Part shown: one piece after another, positions 13,391 through 27,730 of the stretch
Position numbering within the stretch: the first letter of the stretch is position 1
Layout: each line of letters starts with the position of its first letter
Source of the DNA: Octopus vulgaris
Taxonomy: Eukaryota
DNA: 64,000 bases
NCBI GenBank assembly: GCA_951406725.2
Contig: OX597814.1
Location: forward strand, 63,674,001-63,738,000
Direction of reading: 5' to 3'
Position numbers and translations under genes: made by a program
The notes under the pieces: generated by a model
Told to the model about the DNA's origin: nothing
The model's input: the letters and a program-made list of their open reading frames with translations, nothing else
Databases searched by the model: none

Positions 13391-14320
13391 CTGTTCTGTA
13401 GGATGCCTAAGTATATGGGTTTAATTTTGCCTGCGCGAGATTGTGTGCTCGGATATATATACTCTTGTTTCTGTATAGGTTTTATGTGTGTTTGATAAGT
13501 TGTATTTCCTTTAACCTCGAGTCATCCTGGTTTATTTGTTGTTTGCGATAAAAGTGTGAGATAGAAACTAATATTCGAAATGTAGACTACCACCCTCACA
13601 ACAACAATAACAACCTCTACACAAGCACCATCTACCAACAATACTCAGTTCTTTTATTACTGCTATACTTTGCTCAGTTTAGTTTTGATAGCCCACGAAG
13701 CATTCCACGAAATGCATATATCATAGAAATGGAAAGAAAGAAGGAAGGAACAAACGAATGAAGGAAAATGAAATGGGTGGAATTGAAGATGAGTTTGTTG
13801 TTATGATATGACATGGGTACTAGACTTTGAAACCATAACGTCCGGTTTGATAGCAATGAATGTCTACTGAGTTATGACCAATGCGATGCTGCTAGTATGA
13901 GCCTATTCGGTCTCGCTGCAATCATAATTGGTGAAGTTTGACCAGATCTGAAATAAAATGGAACATCAACACCCATACGCACACGCACATACACACAACA
14001 CACGTACACAATACGCACACACGCGCAGACATCCATCCACCCACCCAGCTATTTATCCATCCGTCCGTCCGTCGGTCCATCCATCCATCCATCCATCCAA
14101 ACATTATCATTCCTGCTACAAAAATCAAATGACCACATGCTAGGGTCTGCAACTACTAGAAATAGTAATGTAACCCATAATATATATGTGGATGACCTTA
14201 GTATTTGTGCTAAAATACAATGTAGTCGCTAATTGTAATTGATGAAGTACATATGAACAAAAAATGTCCAGGTATAAATACAGTTAAATAAATGGAATAA
14301 AGAAGCTATTGCTTATTATA

Positions 14321-15583
14321 TTAGGTCGTCAAGTATGAAATTTTTAGTAAGGTATATATGGTAAAATTTGACAGCTGCTCATTTTGCGCCATTATTATAT
14401 TTTGACAATCTTTATTTTTTGCTAGAAAGCTGAAACATCTATTTCTTTATTCTAACTCATTTTGCGCTTCATAAAGTATTTACAAATCATTTTTTGCTAT
14501 TTATGTTTGGAGATGGATAAGTCAGAAGCTCGTAAAGTTTTGAAATGAGTTCTTTCTTGGAAATAACGTATCACAGACAGCTCGGAATATTAATGGAGTA
14601 TTTTATTCTAATGTTATTGCACAGCAGACAGTATCAAATTGGTTTGCAAAATTTCGTTCTGGTAACTTTGACCTCACAAAAGAGCAGCGGGGGTCGACCA
14701 CAAACAAAGGTAAATAATGACGAACTGGAAGCCATCGTCGAGTCAGATCCTTCTCAAAGTGCCTGTGAATTATTGCTGTTGTTTGGTGTTAGCAAGCTAG
14801 TTCAAATCGGTAAAGTGAAAAAGTTGGATAAGTGGGTTCCACATGAACTCAATGAAAATCAGAAACAGCAACGTTTGAAAGCCTACATTATGCTACTCTT
14901 TCATCACAAAAATGAATCATGTTTGAATCGAATTATAACGTGGTAAGAACTGGATCCAATACAACAACCTTAAACGTTCAGCACAAATTGTTGGAGAAAG
15001 ACGAGCCACCAAAACACAGTCCAAAAAGCAAAATTCATCAAAAGGATCTGGAGTTTGTTTGGTGGTCTGGCGCAGGTGTGATCCATTATGATTTCATTAA
15101 ACCTGGCTCATCAATCACGACTGAAGTATACTGGAGCCAACTGGACCAAATGATGCAGAAACTTTAAAAAAACAGCCTACATTAGTCAACAGATCCACCC
15201 CTATTTTATTGCAAGACAACGCCAAACGCATCACAAAAATGACATTGGTGAAACTATAGGTTTTGGAGTTTGAAGTTCTCCATCATCCACCATACTCACC
15301 AGATTTTTCCCCCACCGACTCACTTCTTCCAGAATTTTGATAACTTTTTGCTAGGGAAAAAAAAACTTCAATTCCCACGATGCTGTAAAACAGTCTTTCC
15401 AAGATTTTATTGACTCTAGATTGCTCGGCTAATACAGCTCAGGGCAGGACAAGCTACCGCTGAAATGGCAAAGGTGTATTGATAATATGGGTGCATACTT
15501 GGATGAATAAAACTGTTCCTTTTATTTATAAAACATTAGAAAACTTTTTCTCTTTTCTACAAATTTCATACTTGACGACCTAA
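14321..15583 (+). mobile_element. Full-length mariner (DD34D) transposon with decayed transposase
   Basis: Perfect 23-bp TIR ttaggtcgtcaagtatgaaattt with TA on both sides; KKLDKWVPHELNENQK, LLQDNA and HPPYSPDFSPTD motifs; stops and frameshifts. Confidence 0.95.
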
Positions 15584-16794
15584 TACATATCTAAAACTAC
15601 TGAGACGAGACAATAAAGAGAATTGAAATACTGTTAAATAAAACGAAAGGAAAACCAATTTAATTACAATCAACATCAAAACACACATTACGCACCAAAT
15701 TTACTCCATATAGCTAATATACGGGTTGTATCTATCAATAAGCCTAGCGCATTAAACGTGTAAACCTATTTGAAACAACGATTAAAATCCAAAACTCATT
15801 TTTATGATAGAAGTAAATAGTTCAACTGTTGTCTTAAGGATTACTGTAACGGAATTAATTATTTGCCTGTCTGAAGTATTTTCAACAGTTAGTTCTAAAC
15901 GTCTACTTTTTTTCAAACTATTAGTTAGCCCTTGCTTTATATCCTCTGAGTAATTTAAAGCTTTTGTTATATAATACCTGAGTTACTAAGGTGGATGAAA
16001 ATGAATGGAAATATGTATCCTACACGGTGCATGTAATTCAGGGAAATATGCTGATGTGTTACATGTGATACACAGTACTGGCAAAAGGTTAAAGAAAATG
16101 AAATGATAAATATATTACAGTTAATGTTAATTAAAATACAATAAACAAAATATAATTGCAAGCAAAGAAAACATCACGAATCTTAAATACATCAGGTAGC
16201 TAAAACACGTGAAGATCAAATTTCGAACTATCTTAAAATCCACCGTTTATCTCAACGGCCTCAATCGTAAAGTCAAAAATGAGCTAGACCTGAAGTATAA
16301 GTGGCGATAAATATTCTCCCTCCAAACCTACGAGAGACTTCAACCAGTACAACAAAGCAAAATGCACATATTAATGACTATCATTTACAAAATATTACAA
16401 TACAGTTCAATGTTAAATTGTAGGCTTAAAATTACATATTTCTAAATAAGTTAGTAATTTGTCGAAAGAAATAATGGAAATTTTTAATTAGAAAAATTAT
16501 ATTGATAATCCCGAATGACCATATGTGTGCCTTACCAACAGCACTACTTTGTCTATATAACATCTAATAATCTGACAGAAAAATCTACAACCCTATTTCT
16601 TACTATGATGCAACTCGATGCGAATGGCACTGCTGTAACTTGAAAGTTAAAACTAATTCTAATAAAGAACTTTTGCTACATTACTATTTCTGCATATCAC
16701 TATAACGTCTAAATAATTCACTTTATCCATTGCAAAACTATTTCTGCTTGCTTGGACATATTTTACCCATTTATATTCCACAAATGTGGAAGCC

Positions 16795-17000
16795 AGCTAG
16801 CAGAATTGTTTGCATGCCAGGCTACATGGTTAGCTGTATATCATCCGTCTTAATGTTCTGTGGTCGAATTTCTCCGAGGTCAACTTTACCTTTCATCCTT
16901 TCGAGGTCGGTAAAATATAGACAATTTGAAGACTGGGGTCAATGTAACCGACTTAGCCACTCCTCCGAAATTGCTGGCCTTCTGCCAAAATTTGAAAGCA
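16795..17000 (+). mobile_element. SINE family A, diverged copy
   Basis: gaggtcaactttacctttcatcctttcgaggtcggtaaaat core. Confidence 0.65.
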
Positions 17001-17089
17001 ATATTTCAAAAACTGTAACTGAAGGAAAATATTCTGAATGCATCTGCAACCAACTCCAAGTTCTTTAACAAAATTCAGTTTTATTTTCT

Positions 17090-17790
17090 AACCAGCGGAG
17101 GTACCGGGGAATAAATTACCGTTAATAAGATGTGTTTATAGCCATGAAACATTTTTCGTCTAATTTCGACATTTTTCAAGAATTTAAAATTTATATTAAC
17201 GGGTAGGACTAATTTGAGGAAAAAATGAGCAGAGTCTGGTAGCGAACCCGTGTCGTCGTCATTTTTGTGCATGTGCGTAAAATAACGAAATTTTACACTT
17301 TGGGCAGATTTCGTGAAATTGATGTCACAACGGTTAGTGCGCAAAATGCCTAAATGCTGCTTGAGAAATAAAAGGCTCTTACCTAATCAAAACCTGAAAC
17401 GCTGTGGAATTAAAACAACGAATTGAAATAATAAGTTTTAGCAAATCAAAGCAATTCGCATTCAAATGAAGAATTAACAAATGTTAAAGAGATTACCGTT
17501 AATAAGCTGTCTGTTTAATACCTATGAAACATTTTTTTGTAAAATTTCAGCTTTTTTCGTCAAATTGATGTCACAATGGCTAGTAAGAGAAATGCCAAAA
17601 TGTTACGATTTTTGATAAAAATTGACACTGATAAAAACCGATTTAAAAAAAAAATTCCAAGTGTGTAAGTGACTGCATGGGCATAAGACCCCCCTCCACC
17701 TACACGTGTCAAAATTCACCCAGGGCTGTTGGATAATATCGAAGCTAAAGTAACAAATTCACAAATGTACAAACTTGCCATTTATTATTA
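17090..17790. mobile_element. Possible non-autonomous Helitron/DNA-transposon-like element with internal subrepeats
   Basis: Internal diverged duplication (attaccgttaataag... at about 17116 and 17492; tcgtgaaattgatgtcacaa at about 17311 and 17557). Ends acaaacttgccatttattatta. Class is uncertain. Confidence 0.3.
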
Positions 17791-19758
17791 TCGACCGATA
17801 GTACAACTTATTCAGACAATTGAAATCACAGGAAAATAAATACAGGCCAACCAACTAATCGTCGGTTGTTTGTGTTATGAAGAAGGTTGTTATTTCTGTA
17901 GGAAGTATGTTTCATTTATACATGCAAAATCCTAATAAGTTCCAGGAGAAATTTACGCCAAGTAGTTTCATTGCATTTCATTCAATGGGGTCTTTTATCG
18001 TTCATCGACAATGGTTACATAATTTAATCGTTCTTCTGGACTTAATTGCTGATTTAATCGATTCCGATCGAATATTCAACCAATCTGCACGCATCGAACT
18101 TGCTCCATATATTGATGTCACATTTCAAAGAAATCTGTAGAACATTATCCAGAGATTAATGAAACAAGGCAAACCAACAATAATGCTAACAATGATCGGA
18201 AATACATCTGGTTACAATCAGGGATAATGAAGAAATGTTCTCGATCTATTGCTCTGCCATGTAACTGCACATTTCTGGCATTAGTAAAAACAATAAACAA
18301 CAAAGAATTGTGTGATTATCGAAAATTTCAACTTATGATCAATTAAAATTAAGTAATTTAGTTATGTTTGCGCTAGGCTTGCTTGCTGTATGAATACGAC
18401 CATATTGCTTAATTTTCTTTGTAATCGAAACCTTTTTGGACATATTCAATAATTATATTTGATTTAAATCTCTTTACTCTTAATGATGTTGTTTTTCTTT
18501 GATAAATTTTCTTGATGCTTATATGTTGTCAGGCATCATAATATAAGCAGGCTTTAGAAATAAAACGGTAACAATATATGTCATCATATTATAAGCTGTT
18601 TATGGAAAACAAAATATGGTAGCGTAAAAAGTTTTTTATCTGTATCATTTTTAATTATATATTAATTTATTGAATTATATTCTCTTTCATTGCACTTATC
18701 TTTAGTTTCCTTTCATATAATTCTTAATTATGATTTCAAATGAAAAAGATGAAAGAAACACAGCTAAACCTTATTCATAATTTTCATGGATGTTTTGTTT
18801 AGTTAAAAAGGCAAATTATTTTGTGCTGAATCTAAACTTTAGAACAAATACCCAACAAAGATTTATTTATTTCATTAATATGTGTATAAGTTTATAATGT
18901 TTGATAGCTATGTATATGTACGTATCTGTGGGTGTTTCTATGTAGACTGGACACTTATGTTCAAAACCATGAAACAACATTCCACTTTAGAAATAACTAT
19001 AATATTAGCCATGCATTGAAGTCATGTTAGTCAGACAGGATTTATATTTAATGTTGTGTGATCTTTTCCTAGTCATAAAAGCCTAATGATTTAACAACAG
19101 CTAACTAATAGACATCAATTAATGATTGATCCAAAATGGCTGCTATGACTTAACTCAAAGTTGTTGAAGTCAGCATTATAAGATTTATTTTAGTCTTGGG
19201 CTTCACATAATTTTTTAGATTTAATTAGAGTGACGTTCATTAACATGTCCAGTTTTTTAACCGAACAGCATGTTATTTGCAGAAGATTAAGTTGCAAATT
19301 CTAAAATTCTATACCCTCTGAGTAATTTACCTTACTGATTAGTTCAAATAAATAAGTAACAAATACAGGAATAAGTGATCAAGTGTTTTAGAGATATTTC
19401 AGCTATTATATTCAATATTGGCCTTTAAATAAGATTATTGAGTTGAACTTCTTTCAACGCAATGTGACAGTAAATTAAAATATCTACAATTTACCGCAAT
19501 GTCTGGTCATGTAGCGTATCCAGTACTGTTTCGCATAACACAGATTATATTTACACAAAAGTATTTGTTATTTTCAGAGAAATATAATAGGCGATAACAG
19601 AAAATCTCTAAAAATTTACAAGAACGAAACACCTCAGTATTGAATTATTTTCATATCAGACATAGGCATTTTGTAATTATTGTTTTCTGAATTTTTTTAT
19701 TACCTTTACCAATCTCCCTCGTTTTATCTAGCTAACGTTCTCCGTCTCTCACCCTGTT

Positions 19759-19812
<54 letters not shown>
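19759..19812. repeat. (TTTC)n microsatellite
   Basis: Direct inspection. Confidence 0.9.
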
Positions 19813-19814
<2 letters not shown>

Positions 19815-19919
19815 ATTTATAACACCATATCCAGCTACAGCAAACCAATTTCAGTTGCAACTGTATTGTTTTTCTTTTGCTTTATATAAATTTCAAGCTA
19901 AAGACGTAGTCTCCCAAAT

Positions 19920-20750
19920 CTTACCCTCATCATGATTATCCACGGGCAACTCTCAGCTACTTGAATGCTATGGATCTTTATGTCGATATCACTACTTGTA
20001 AACTTATGCAATCGCTGGCCTGTAAATCATTCATTTCTCAACATCTTGCAACAGTTCGTTTTACCTTATCTCTTTTCCCATTCACTTAGCTGGCTGTTAA
20101 CAGTTTCTATAAACCATTTTTTCCGAATTAAGTGTGCAAAATATTTTAGTGTTCCACATCTGATGATGTCCAATAAAGGTTTCATAAAATATACAAGTCT
20201 AAGTATCTAATTATTGTGGTCACTCCATGCGATCACAAAACTCTTTTATATACCCACATCTAAGAGGTTTCCCGTCTATTTGATAATACTTTGTTAATGT
20301 ACATGATTTAGGTTCATAGAGTGAATTAAATATACCTTACTAATCTGTTTCCGGATCCGATAATAATATTTCTTTATGTTAGAATCTTTGGAAAAACGCC
20401 AAACATTTGGCACTTCTCGAAATGTTCTCTTGCTTTCTAGTTTTCTGTTATCTTATACACTAAGTATATTATCTTTAGTGTCTTTTTATTTTTTGGCTCT
20501 TCTTCAATTGTAATATTTTTCTTGGGTGACTCTTATTTCTTTCTTATTACATTGATTCTGTCTTTACACCCATTTTCATTATATAGGGCGTTCCTTTCAT
20601 CTCTATAGTAAGTTAATAAGGAATTACCATTTGTATATTTAAGGTTATTGGTGTTTAAATATTCAAGTCATCGTCTTTGTATGCCGTATACTTCACCGTG
20701 TACATTGAAGATCGTAAACTAATAGACTAGATTATATTAGTCAGGTGTTC
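19920..20750 (-). mobile_element. Heavily decayed RTE-like LINE 3' region
   Basis: Minus strand gives LYEPKSCTLTK (LYGxExWTL-like) and other weak RTE C-terminal remnants. Confidence 0.4.
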
Positions 20751-21294
20751 TTGACTCATATCTTAATTTTTCATTCAGAAATTTCATCATTGCTGTTTAG
20801 TAATATTTTCTTTACGATATTAGTTAAAAGAAATTACTATTAAAATAAAGGAAATTATTATTTGGTTCTTATGATATATAATCTTTCTTTGAGTTTCTGA
20901 CTGCATTAAATAAGACTGATGAATTTATTGTGCAGCATGTTTCGTGACACGAAAAAAGTAGAATGTTAATGGTTCAATCGTTTTGATCATTCGCCTGATC
21001 AATGACGATTGACCTGGAGTTTGCAAACGTCATGTAAAATTTCACCTCAAAAATTTCACCCATATAGAAGTTTAAGCGAGTGCCAAATTCCACCCTCCTT
21101 CTATCCTTTCACATTACCCCTAAACACAAACACATTTTAGTGCACTTCCTGACATTTCAACCAATTAGACAGTTGAGTTCACGTGACAATTTCAAGATTT
21201 TATTCGAACCCTCTTCCACAGACTTATTTTCTTCTGTACTACGTCACCTTAACTAAAGCCAAGTTATTGTATACGAGTATTAGTTATATTTTAT

Positions 21295-21456
21295 GTGTTT
21301 CAGCTATTACACTACGGCCATCCTGTGGCACCACCGTGAAAAATCCTAAAACTTATTTTTTAAAGCCTGGCACTTATTCTATCGGTTTCTTTGCGATACC
21401 GTTAAGTTACGGGGACGTAAACACGCCAACATCACTTGTCAAGTTGTGAGGGAGGA

Positions 21457-21510
<54 letters not shown>
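21295..21510 (-). mobile_element. SINE family B 3' half
   Basis: aaagcctggcacttattctatcggt...taagttacggggacgtaaacac matches 10270-10330. Confidence 0.7.
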
Positions 21511-22457
21511 CATGTTTGTATGCCTGTTCTGGTACTGTTTTTCCATATATTTTTGGCAGAGAGATGAGTCGCTGCTATCTGTAGTGGCCGAGCGTCCATC
21601 ATTGACAAAATCAAGGAAGGCCTAAATCACGTGATCTTTTGGGTCTCGGCGCTGGAGATGGCGGGAATTTATCTCCCCGCTAGCAGTATAAATAAACCCG
21701 CATTTTGCATCATAAACCAATATGAGACATTTTCTCTTTTGATATCTACGGCAGTATAGTATGTTCTTACAGAACATCCACGTTGAAGTGGAAATAAATA
21801 TTACCTCCCTCTATCGCTAATATATATATTAGGAATAGCAACAAGAATAACGACGAGAAAGTAAGTAGTAGGGATGGAGGGGCAACTCCAGGTTCAGGCA
21901 ATCTTTTGCTGTATTAATGGCAAAATCAACACAACTTTTTGCGCTTGCCCTAAACAACAAGGAGTTGGGCTTGGCGCAGGTGAAACAATTTTTGAAGGTC
22001 CGAAGTTTTTGTATGTAGGACCGAAAATACTTCAGTCTGGCCAACTGTGTGGGGGAAGCTAACTTTCAGGTCAAGGTTTTCGCCATAGAGGTTGGAGTGA
22101 GCGGTTTTGTGTGAAAATTTACATACGATTTAAAGAAACAACCCTCGGTCACTGGGAAGAAAGGGACCAAAGCCTTCAAGGTTATATAAGAAACAGCGGA
22201 GATATGTTCCAGCTGGATCTGGTGAAGGAGAAACAAAAACGATCTCCATACCATTTGAAGCGTATATTCTTTTTTTTATTTTAACACTAAGGGAAGTAAC
22301 TCTGAATGAGACATAGTGATAGCGTAGACATTTCACCGCCACCAAGACAAGCAGCATTACTTCTCTTTTAAATATACGTTTGAATGCTGAGTTGACGAAG
22401 AGATGTTACAAATGGATGAAACCACAATGCGGTTTCAATGCACAAGTCTCCGATATA

Positions 22458-23709
22458 CGAGGGGCGTTCAATAAGTAATGCCCCTGACCCACTTGCAGTT
22501 GTTTGATCTAACTGAAATTTTGCATCTATAGATTAAGTGGCGAATTACAGCTCTGAACTAATTGTGGTTTCCGATTTACAGGTGTTTGAACTGAGTCAAG
22601 TGTGAAATGGGGCCTGCTGAGTGTCGAGCAGTGATCCGCTTTTTGTATTTGAAAGGACGCACACCACGGGAGACTTTTGATGAAATGAAAGTAACTTATG
22701 GTGATGATGCCCCATCATATGACCTTGTATAACGCTGGCATTGTGAATTCAAACATAGTCGGAACTCTGTGGAAACAGCTCCCAGATCTGGTCGCCCCCT
22801 TCTGCCATTGATGAGACGTCTGTCCGTCAAGTTGAGGCTGCCATTTTGGAAGGTCAACGCATAACTATTCGCCAAATAGCCCATAAGGTCAAGATTAGTA
22901 CCGGGTCTGTGGAAACTATCATTCATGACCATTTGCATATGCAAAAGGTGTCTGCCAGATGGATTTCCAGGTTGCTCACACCTTTCCAGAAGCAAGAACG
23001 TGTTGAGTGCTCGAGGATGAATTTGGAGATGTGCCAAGAAGATGAGTCAAAATTTTTCAAAAGACTGATCACACAGGATAAAACCTGGTTCCATCACTAT
23101 GATCCATAGACCAACGCCCAGTCAATGCAGTGAAAGCACCGTGACTCACCTCCTCCAAAGAAGGCAAGGGTGCAGCCCTCCACTGACAAGGTTATGCTCA
23201 CAGTCTTCTGGGACCAGGACGGAGTAGTGATGACGGATTTCCTGGGAAAGGGTACCACAATTACAGGAGCCTATTATGCTTCACTTTCGAGGAAATTAAG
23301 AGAAGCTATCAAAATCAAGAGGCGGGGCAAGATCAGCAAAGGCATCCTCCTCCTGCAGGACAACGCTCCGGTCCACAACTCGCGTGTCGCCAGATCAGAA
23401 GCACAGGCGTGCAGCTATGAACTCCTCCCCTTGCACCCTCTGATTTTCACCTCTTCCCAGCCATGAAGTTGTTTTTGAAAGGAAAGCGTTTCCCAGATGA
23501 TGCAGCCTTGATTTCTGAAGTCACGTCGTGGTTGGAGGACCAAGCTGGGGTCTTCTACAAAAACGGCCTCCAGAGCTGTATCAAACGATGGGAGAAATGC
23601 ATAACTCTGGGTAGTTCCTATGTAGAAAAAGACTGATAACTGTGCCAAGTGTCGTTGCTCTACTGCTATGGGAAGTGGGTCAGGGGCATTACTTATTGAA
23701 CGCCCCTCG
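22458..23709 (+). mobile_element. Full-length mariner (irritans/Hsmar2-like) transposon, copy 1, pseudogenised transposase
   Basis: Perfect 37-bp TIRs (22458-22494 / 23673-23709) with TA TSD; ARWISRLL, ITQDKTWFHHYDP, LLLQDNAPVH; stops and indels. Confidence 0.95.
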
Positions 23710-24094
23710 TACAAGTGGTTAAAAAGTGTCAGAGAAAGGGTACCCAGGAGTCATGACCTTCATTCGGTCTGGCGTCCTTGGAGTGTAAGAAATTAAGGGC
23801 GGAAACTTTCGTCTGAGGATGGTTTCCTCTCTGAAGATCTTCTGCTGTTCATCTCTCTCTCTCTCTCTCTCTCTCTCGAGCTTCCTGCTACTATGTCATA
23901 ATAATATAATCTGTTTAAAGAACAATAAAATAAGGTAGCATAAACGGTTTTTGTTTATTTTATCATTTAAAGTACATATTAATTTATCGATTTACGTCCG
24001 TTGTCATTGCATTAATCCTTACTTTCCTTTCATATGTTTCTAATTATGCTTTCTCCTTTTCCATACCTGATCTCTTGATCTTTATACACTGCCC

Positions 24095-24370
24095 TTAGTT
24101 ACTGGTTAGGCCGTTGCACACAGGATTGCGTGATCGTGGTTTCAACTCCTAGACCGAGTGGTGTGTTGTGTTCTTGAGCAAAACACTTCATCTCACGTTG
24201 CTCCCCGATCACTCCAATACCTGGCACACCGTGCACCTGTTCAGATAACATCACTTTGATGATGGGAATTAGCTAATGTACAACACATACATGTGATCAC
24301 TATACAAAGACAATCATTCGTACAGGCCGTTCGGCAGAAAAGCTGAACACTTACATACATCGACTTCGAC
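24095..24370 (+). mobile_element. tRNA-derived SINE family C
   Basis: tRNA-like head (ggttagg...ggtttcaactcc) followed by ttgtgttcttgagcaaaacacttca core. Confidence 0.6.
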
Positions 24371-24409
24371 GGGAGAATCCATCTTTATTATTGATATTAT
24401 TATGATTGT

Positions 24410-24756
24410 TTTACTTCTCAGAACCTTCGGTCTTGTTGTTCTGGTAGATCCTGTGGTAGCGGAGAGCAGCCTGCTGTCAGAGGTCTCATAGGGTGTTTTT
24501 CCGCACATTATAAGCTTTGATACGTGGTTATTAATTACCATGGGAGACATTCAACATCCAATACCAATCTCCTGTCCCCAGAAGAGTAGTTTTGGTGGCT
24601 TGCTCTGCACCCGTGTCAATTCCGATTTCTTTGAGATATTTCTCGAACATGGTAGTTAAGCGTCCGCGTGTCCCTACAGCTAATGGAATGACAGACACTC
24701 TCTTCATAGCCCACATTCTTGCAATTTCGTCTTTTAGTAGTCTGTACTTTTCAATC

Positions 24757-24758
<2 letters not shown>
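24410..24758 (-). mobile_element. R4/Dong-type LINE 3' fragment
   Basis: MWAMKRVSVIPLAVGTRG...ATKTTLLGT, the RLE C-terminus; adjacent to (TAA)n. Confidence 0.75.
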
Positions 24759-24809
<51 letters not shown>

Positions 24810-24825
24810 GCTATTGTTATTATTG

Positions 24826-26452
24826 CCTTTGCACAGCTTCTAACGCTGGAGATGTACTACGATGTCAGCTTTTCACTACCAGTGAACTAAGGTAACAACT
24901 CTTATTTTTCGAGCAACTTCTGGAGTGTTCGAGCGGATCCAAGTAGTGCTGTTTTCTGCAAGTGCTCTACCCTTATTGCAACCCATATTTGTTCCACGTA
25001 CTTCTCGACATTTTTACTCACTATTCCCAGGGCTCCGACAATTATTGGTACTACTGCTACCTTTTTCATTGACTACAGCTGCTTAACCTCCCAAGCTAAA
25101 TTATCATATCTCTCGACATTTCTTTCTTTCATTCTTCCTTATCGCATACCTTGTTGTCAGCTGTGCATGCTATATCTATGATCCAGCATAGTTTGTTTTC
25201 TTTCTCAATTAAGACTGTATCTGACTTGATATTTTCTATCGCATGGTCGCATTTGATTTTGCCTCTCTTCAAAATTAACCCACCACATTTTTTGCAGTCC
25301 GAATTCCAATCTCATATCATCGTATCAATGAGGGAACTAACTTGGGATTCATCTTTACCATAATGTTTGAGGTCATCCATGAATAACAAACGGTTGATAT
25401 TTTTTGGTGGCTTTTGAGTACATACCCAGCCTTTGCTTTCCTCAGAATCAGTGTTAGTGGTATCATGCTCAGTACAAAGATCAGTAGGGACAGACATTCC
25501 CATTGGAAGATGCCTCTCCTGATTTCTTTTGTCCCTTAACTTACATATGCTGTCAGTTACGTCTTCCACTTCGCCATTTTTTCCCAAGCAATCGCTCAAC
25601 ATTCGATGCAAAACCAAATAGGTTCATATCGTACGCCTTACGATAAGCGAGCCATGACATAATCGGACTGTAATTGTCTACTGTATTGCCTTTTTCAATG
25701 TTTTTCAAGCACAGCACTGTTCTACCCATTGTCAACCACTCTGGTGTTACTTGGTCAGCATTTAACAAGATGTTGAGTTATGCAGGTATTCGTGCATGAC
25801 ATTCACCAAATCTTTTTTTCCAATAGCCTTGAACTCCATCTAGCCCCGTGGCCTTCCAGTTGCCATTTTTTGCTGATTTCCTTCACGTCCCTAAATGAAA
25901 TGAGTAGTTCTGTCTGTTTTGGACAGACTACTGTTTGTTTCAGTTCTTACAACCATTCAGCATCCTTCTTGTGCTCCTTGTCTTTGCTCCAGATGTCACT
26001 CCAAAATCTTTCTTGTGCTCCTTGTCTTTGCTCCAGATGTCACTCCAAAATCTTTGACTTTCAATGTTATCTGGTATTAACTTTTCATCTGTACACTCTC
26101 CTTTTATTTCTTTGTAGAATCTCTTTTGATCTACTCTGAATAACCTATTCTGCTGGTATCCCTTCATTCGTTGGTCGTATCATACCAACTTTGCTTTCTT
26201 TACAACTAGGTGCTGATCGAGTTCCTCTATTACCACTTTCAGGCCCTTTCTTTCAATATTATACTTCCTGTTCAGCGGCCTGTATTTTTGTTCGCTTTTA
26301 AGCTCCCCCTTTTCTTTTCGGTCTAACACAGGAATGTACTTCGAGAGCATATCTAACCCTGCCTGGATTCTTTTTTCCACCATGGATCTTTTCTTTTGTC
26401 ACGCCCATTATATTTCTTTTTCTTGACATCAACACCCACATTTTCTGCTACA
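24826..26452 (-). mobile_element. Internally deleted R4/Dong-type LINE
   Basis: QQNRLFRVDQKRFYKE; [11 protein letters not shown]; NINRLLFMDDLKHYGKDE; VVPIIVGALG...LQKTALLGSAR. (TAA)n on both sides. 44-bp tandem duplication at 25967-26054. Confidence 0.85.
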
Positions 26453-26455
26453 ACA

Positions 26456-26729
<274 letters not shown>

Positions 26730-26730
26730 C

Positions 26731-26918
26731 GGCAGCGAGTTAGCCAAATGGTTAGATGTACTTCGCCCGTTGCTAAGGTCTGAGATCAAATTCCGCCGGA
26801 GTCGACTTTACTTTTCATCGTTTCGGGATCGATAAAACAAGTACAAGTTGAGTACTTGGATCGATGAGATCGACTGTCCCCTTCCCCATAAAATCCATGT
26901 GCCTATAGTAGAAAGGAT
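26731..26918 (+). mobile_element. SINE family A, diverged copy
   Basis: caaattccgccggagtcgactttacttttcatcgtttcgggatcgataaa. Confidence 0.7.
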
Positions 26919-26931
26919 TATTATTATTATT

Positions 26932-27402
26932 GAAGACGTCACATAGTATCAAACACTGTGATGCTGTAGATTGAAGATATTATGTGTACCGCGGGTTTAA
27001 ACTATCTGTCATGTCACAAGGATTTCTGACGCACAGTACTTTACGCAGTATGCGTGCAGTTCCAAGTAAAGCCGCCGGTGTTTGCAATACACCGAGATTG
27101 TTCGGTATTTCTAAAGTGTGCAGATGTTTGTCCAGGTTGGGTGGTATTGAACCGAATATTCCGATGACAACACGTACAAACTTTGTTTGACACTTGCAGC
27201 TGCCACATCTGGGTGATCTCAATTCTGAGATCGCCATGATTACCAGCCTTTTCTCTTTCTTTCATGATAATATGTTGATCTCCTGGTACTGTCACGTCGA
27301 TTCTTAAGTACCCTTGTTTATCCCTCCTAAAATTTTCTGTATCCGGCATTCTGCGCTCTAATAACTTGTCTGTCTAGAAGTCAAAATCCCAGATCCTTAA
27401 CT
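26932..27402 (-). mobile_element. R4/Dong-type LINE 3' fragment
   Basis: IWDFDF*TDKLLERRMPD...IDVTVPGD...VVIGIFGSIP...ALLGTARILRKVL. (TAA)n on both flanks. Confidence 0.85.
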
Positions 27403-27405
27403 TAC

Positions 27406-27453
<48 letters not shown>

Positions 27454-27464
27454 CATCATCATCA

Positions 27465-27526
<62 letters not shown>

Positions 27527-27536
27527 ATTAATATTA

Positions 27537-27730
27537 AAGCAGCGAACTGGCAGAATCGTTAGCACGCCGGGCAAAATACTTAGCGCTCTGAGTTCAAATT
27601 CCGCCGCGGTCGATTTTGTCTTTCATTCTTTCGGGGTCGATGAATTAAGTACTATTAAAACACTGGGGTTGACGTCGACTAGTCCCCTCTCCCAACATTT
27701 CAGTTCTTGTGCCGCCTTTAGTAGAAATGA
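27537..27730 (+). mobile_element. SINE family A
   Basis: gcgaactggcagaatcgttagcacgccgggc...gagttcaaattccgcc...ggggtcgat. Confidence 0.8.

Noticed and set aside
17877-18280. Complex-looking ORF as a possible host exon or pseudogene
   Set aside because: No recognisable motif, stops in all frames, no convincing splice pair. A BLASTX search would be needed.
21829-22357. Possible L1/Tx1 C-terminal remnant
   Set aside because: No diagnostic motif could be read.
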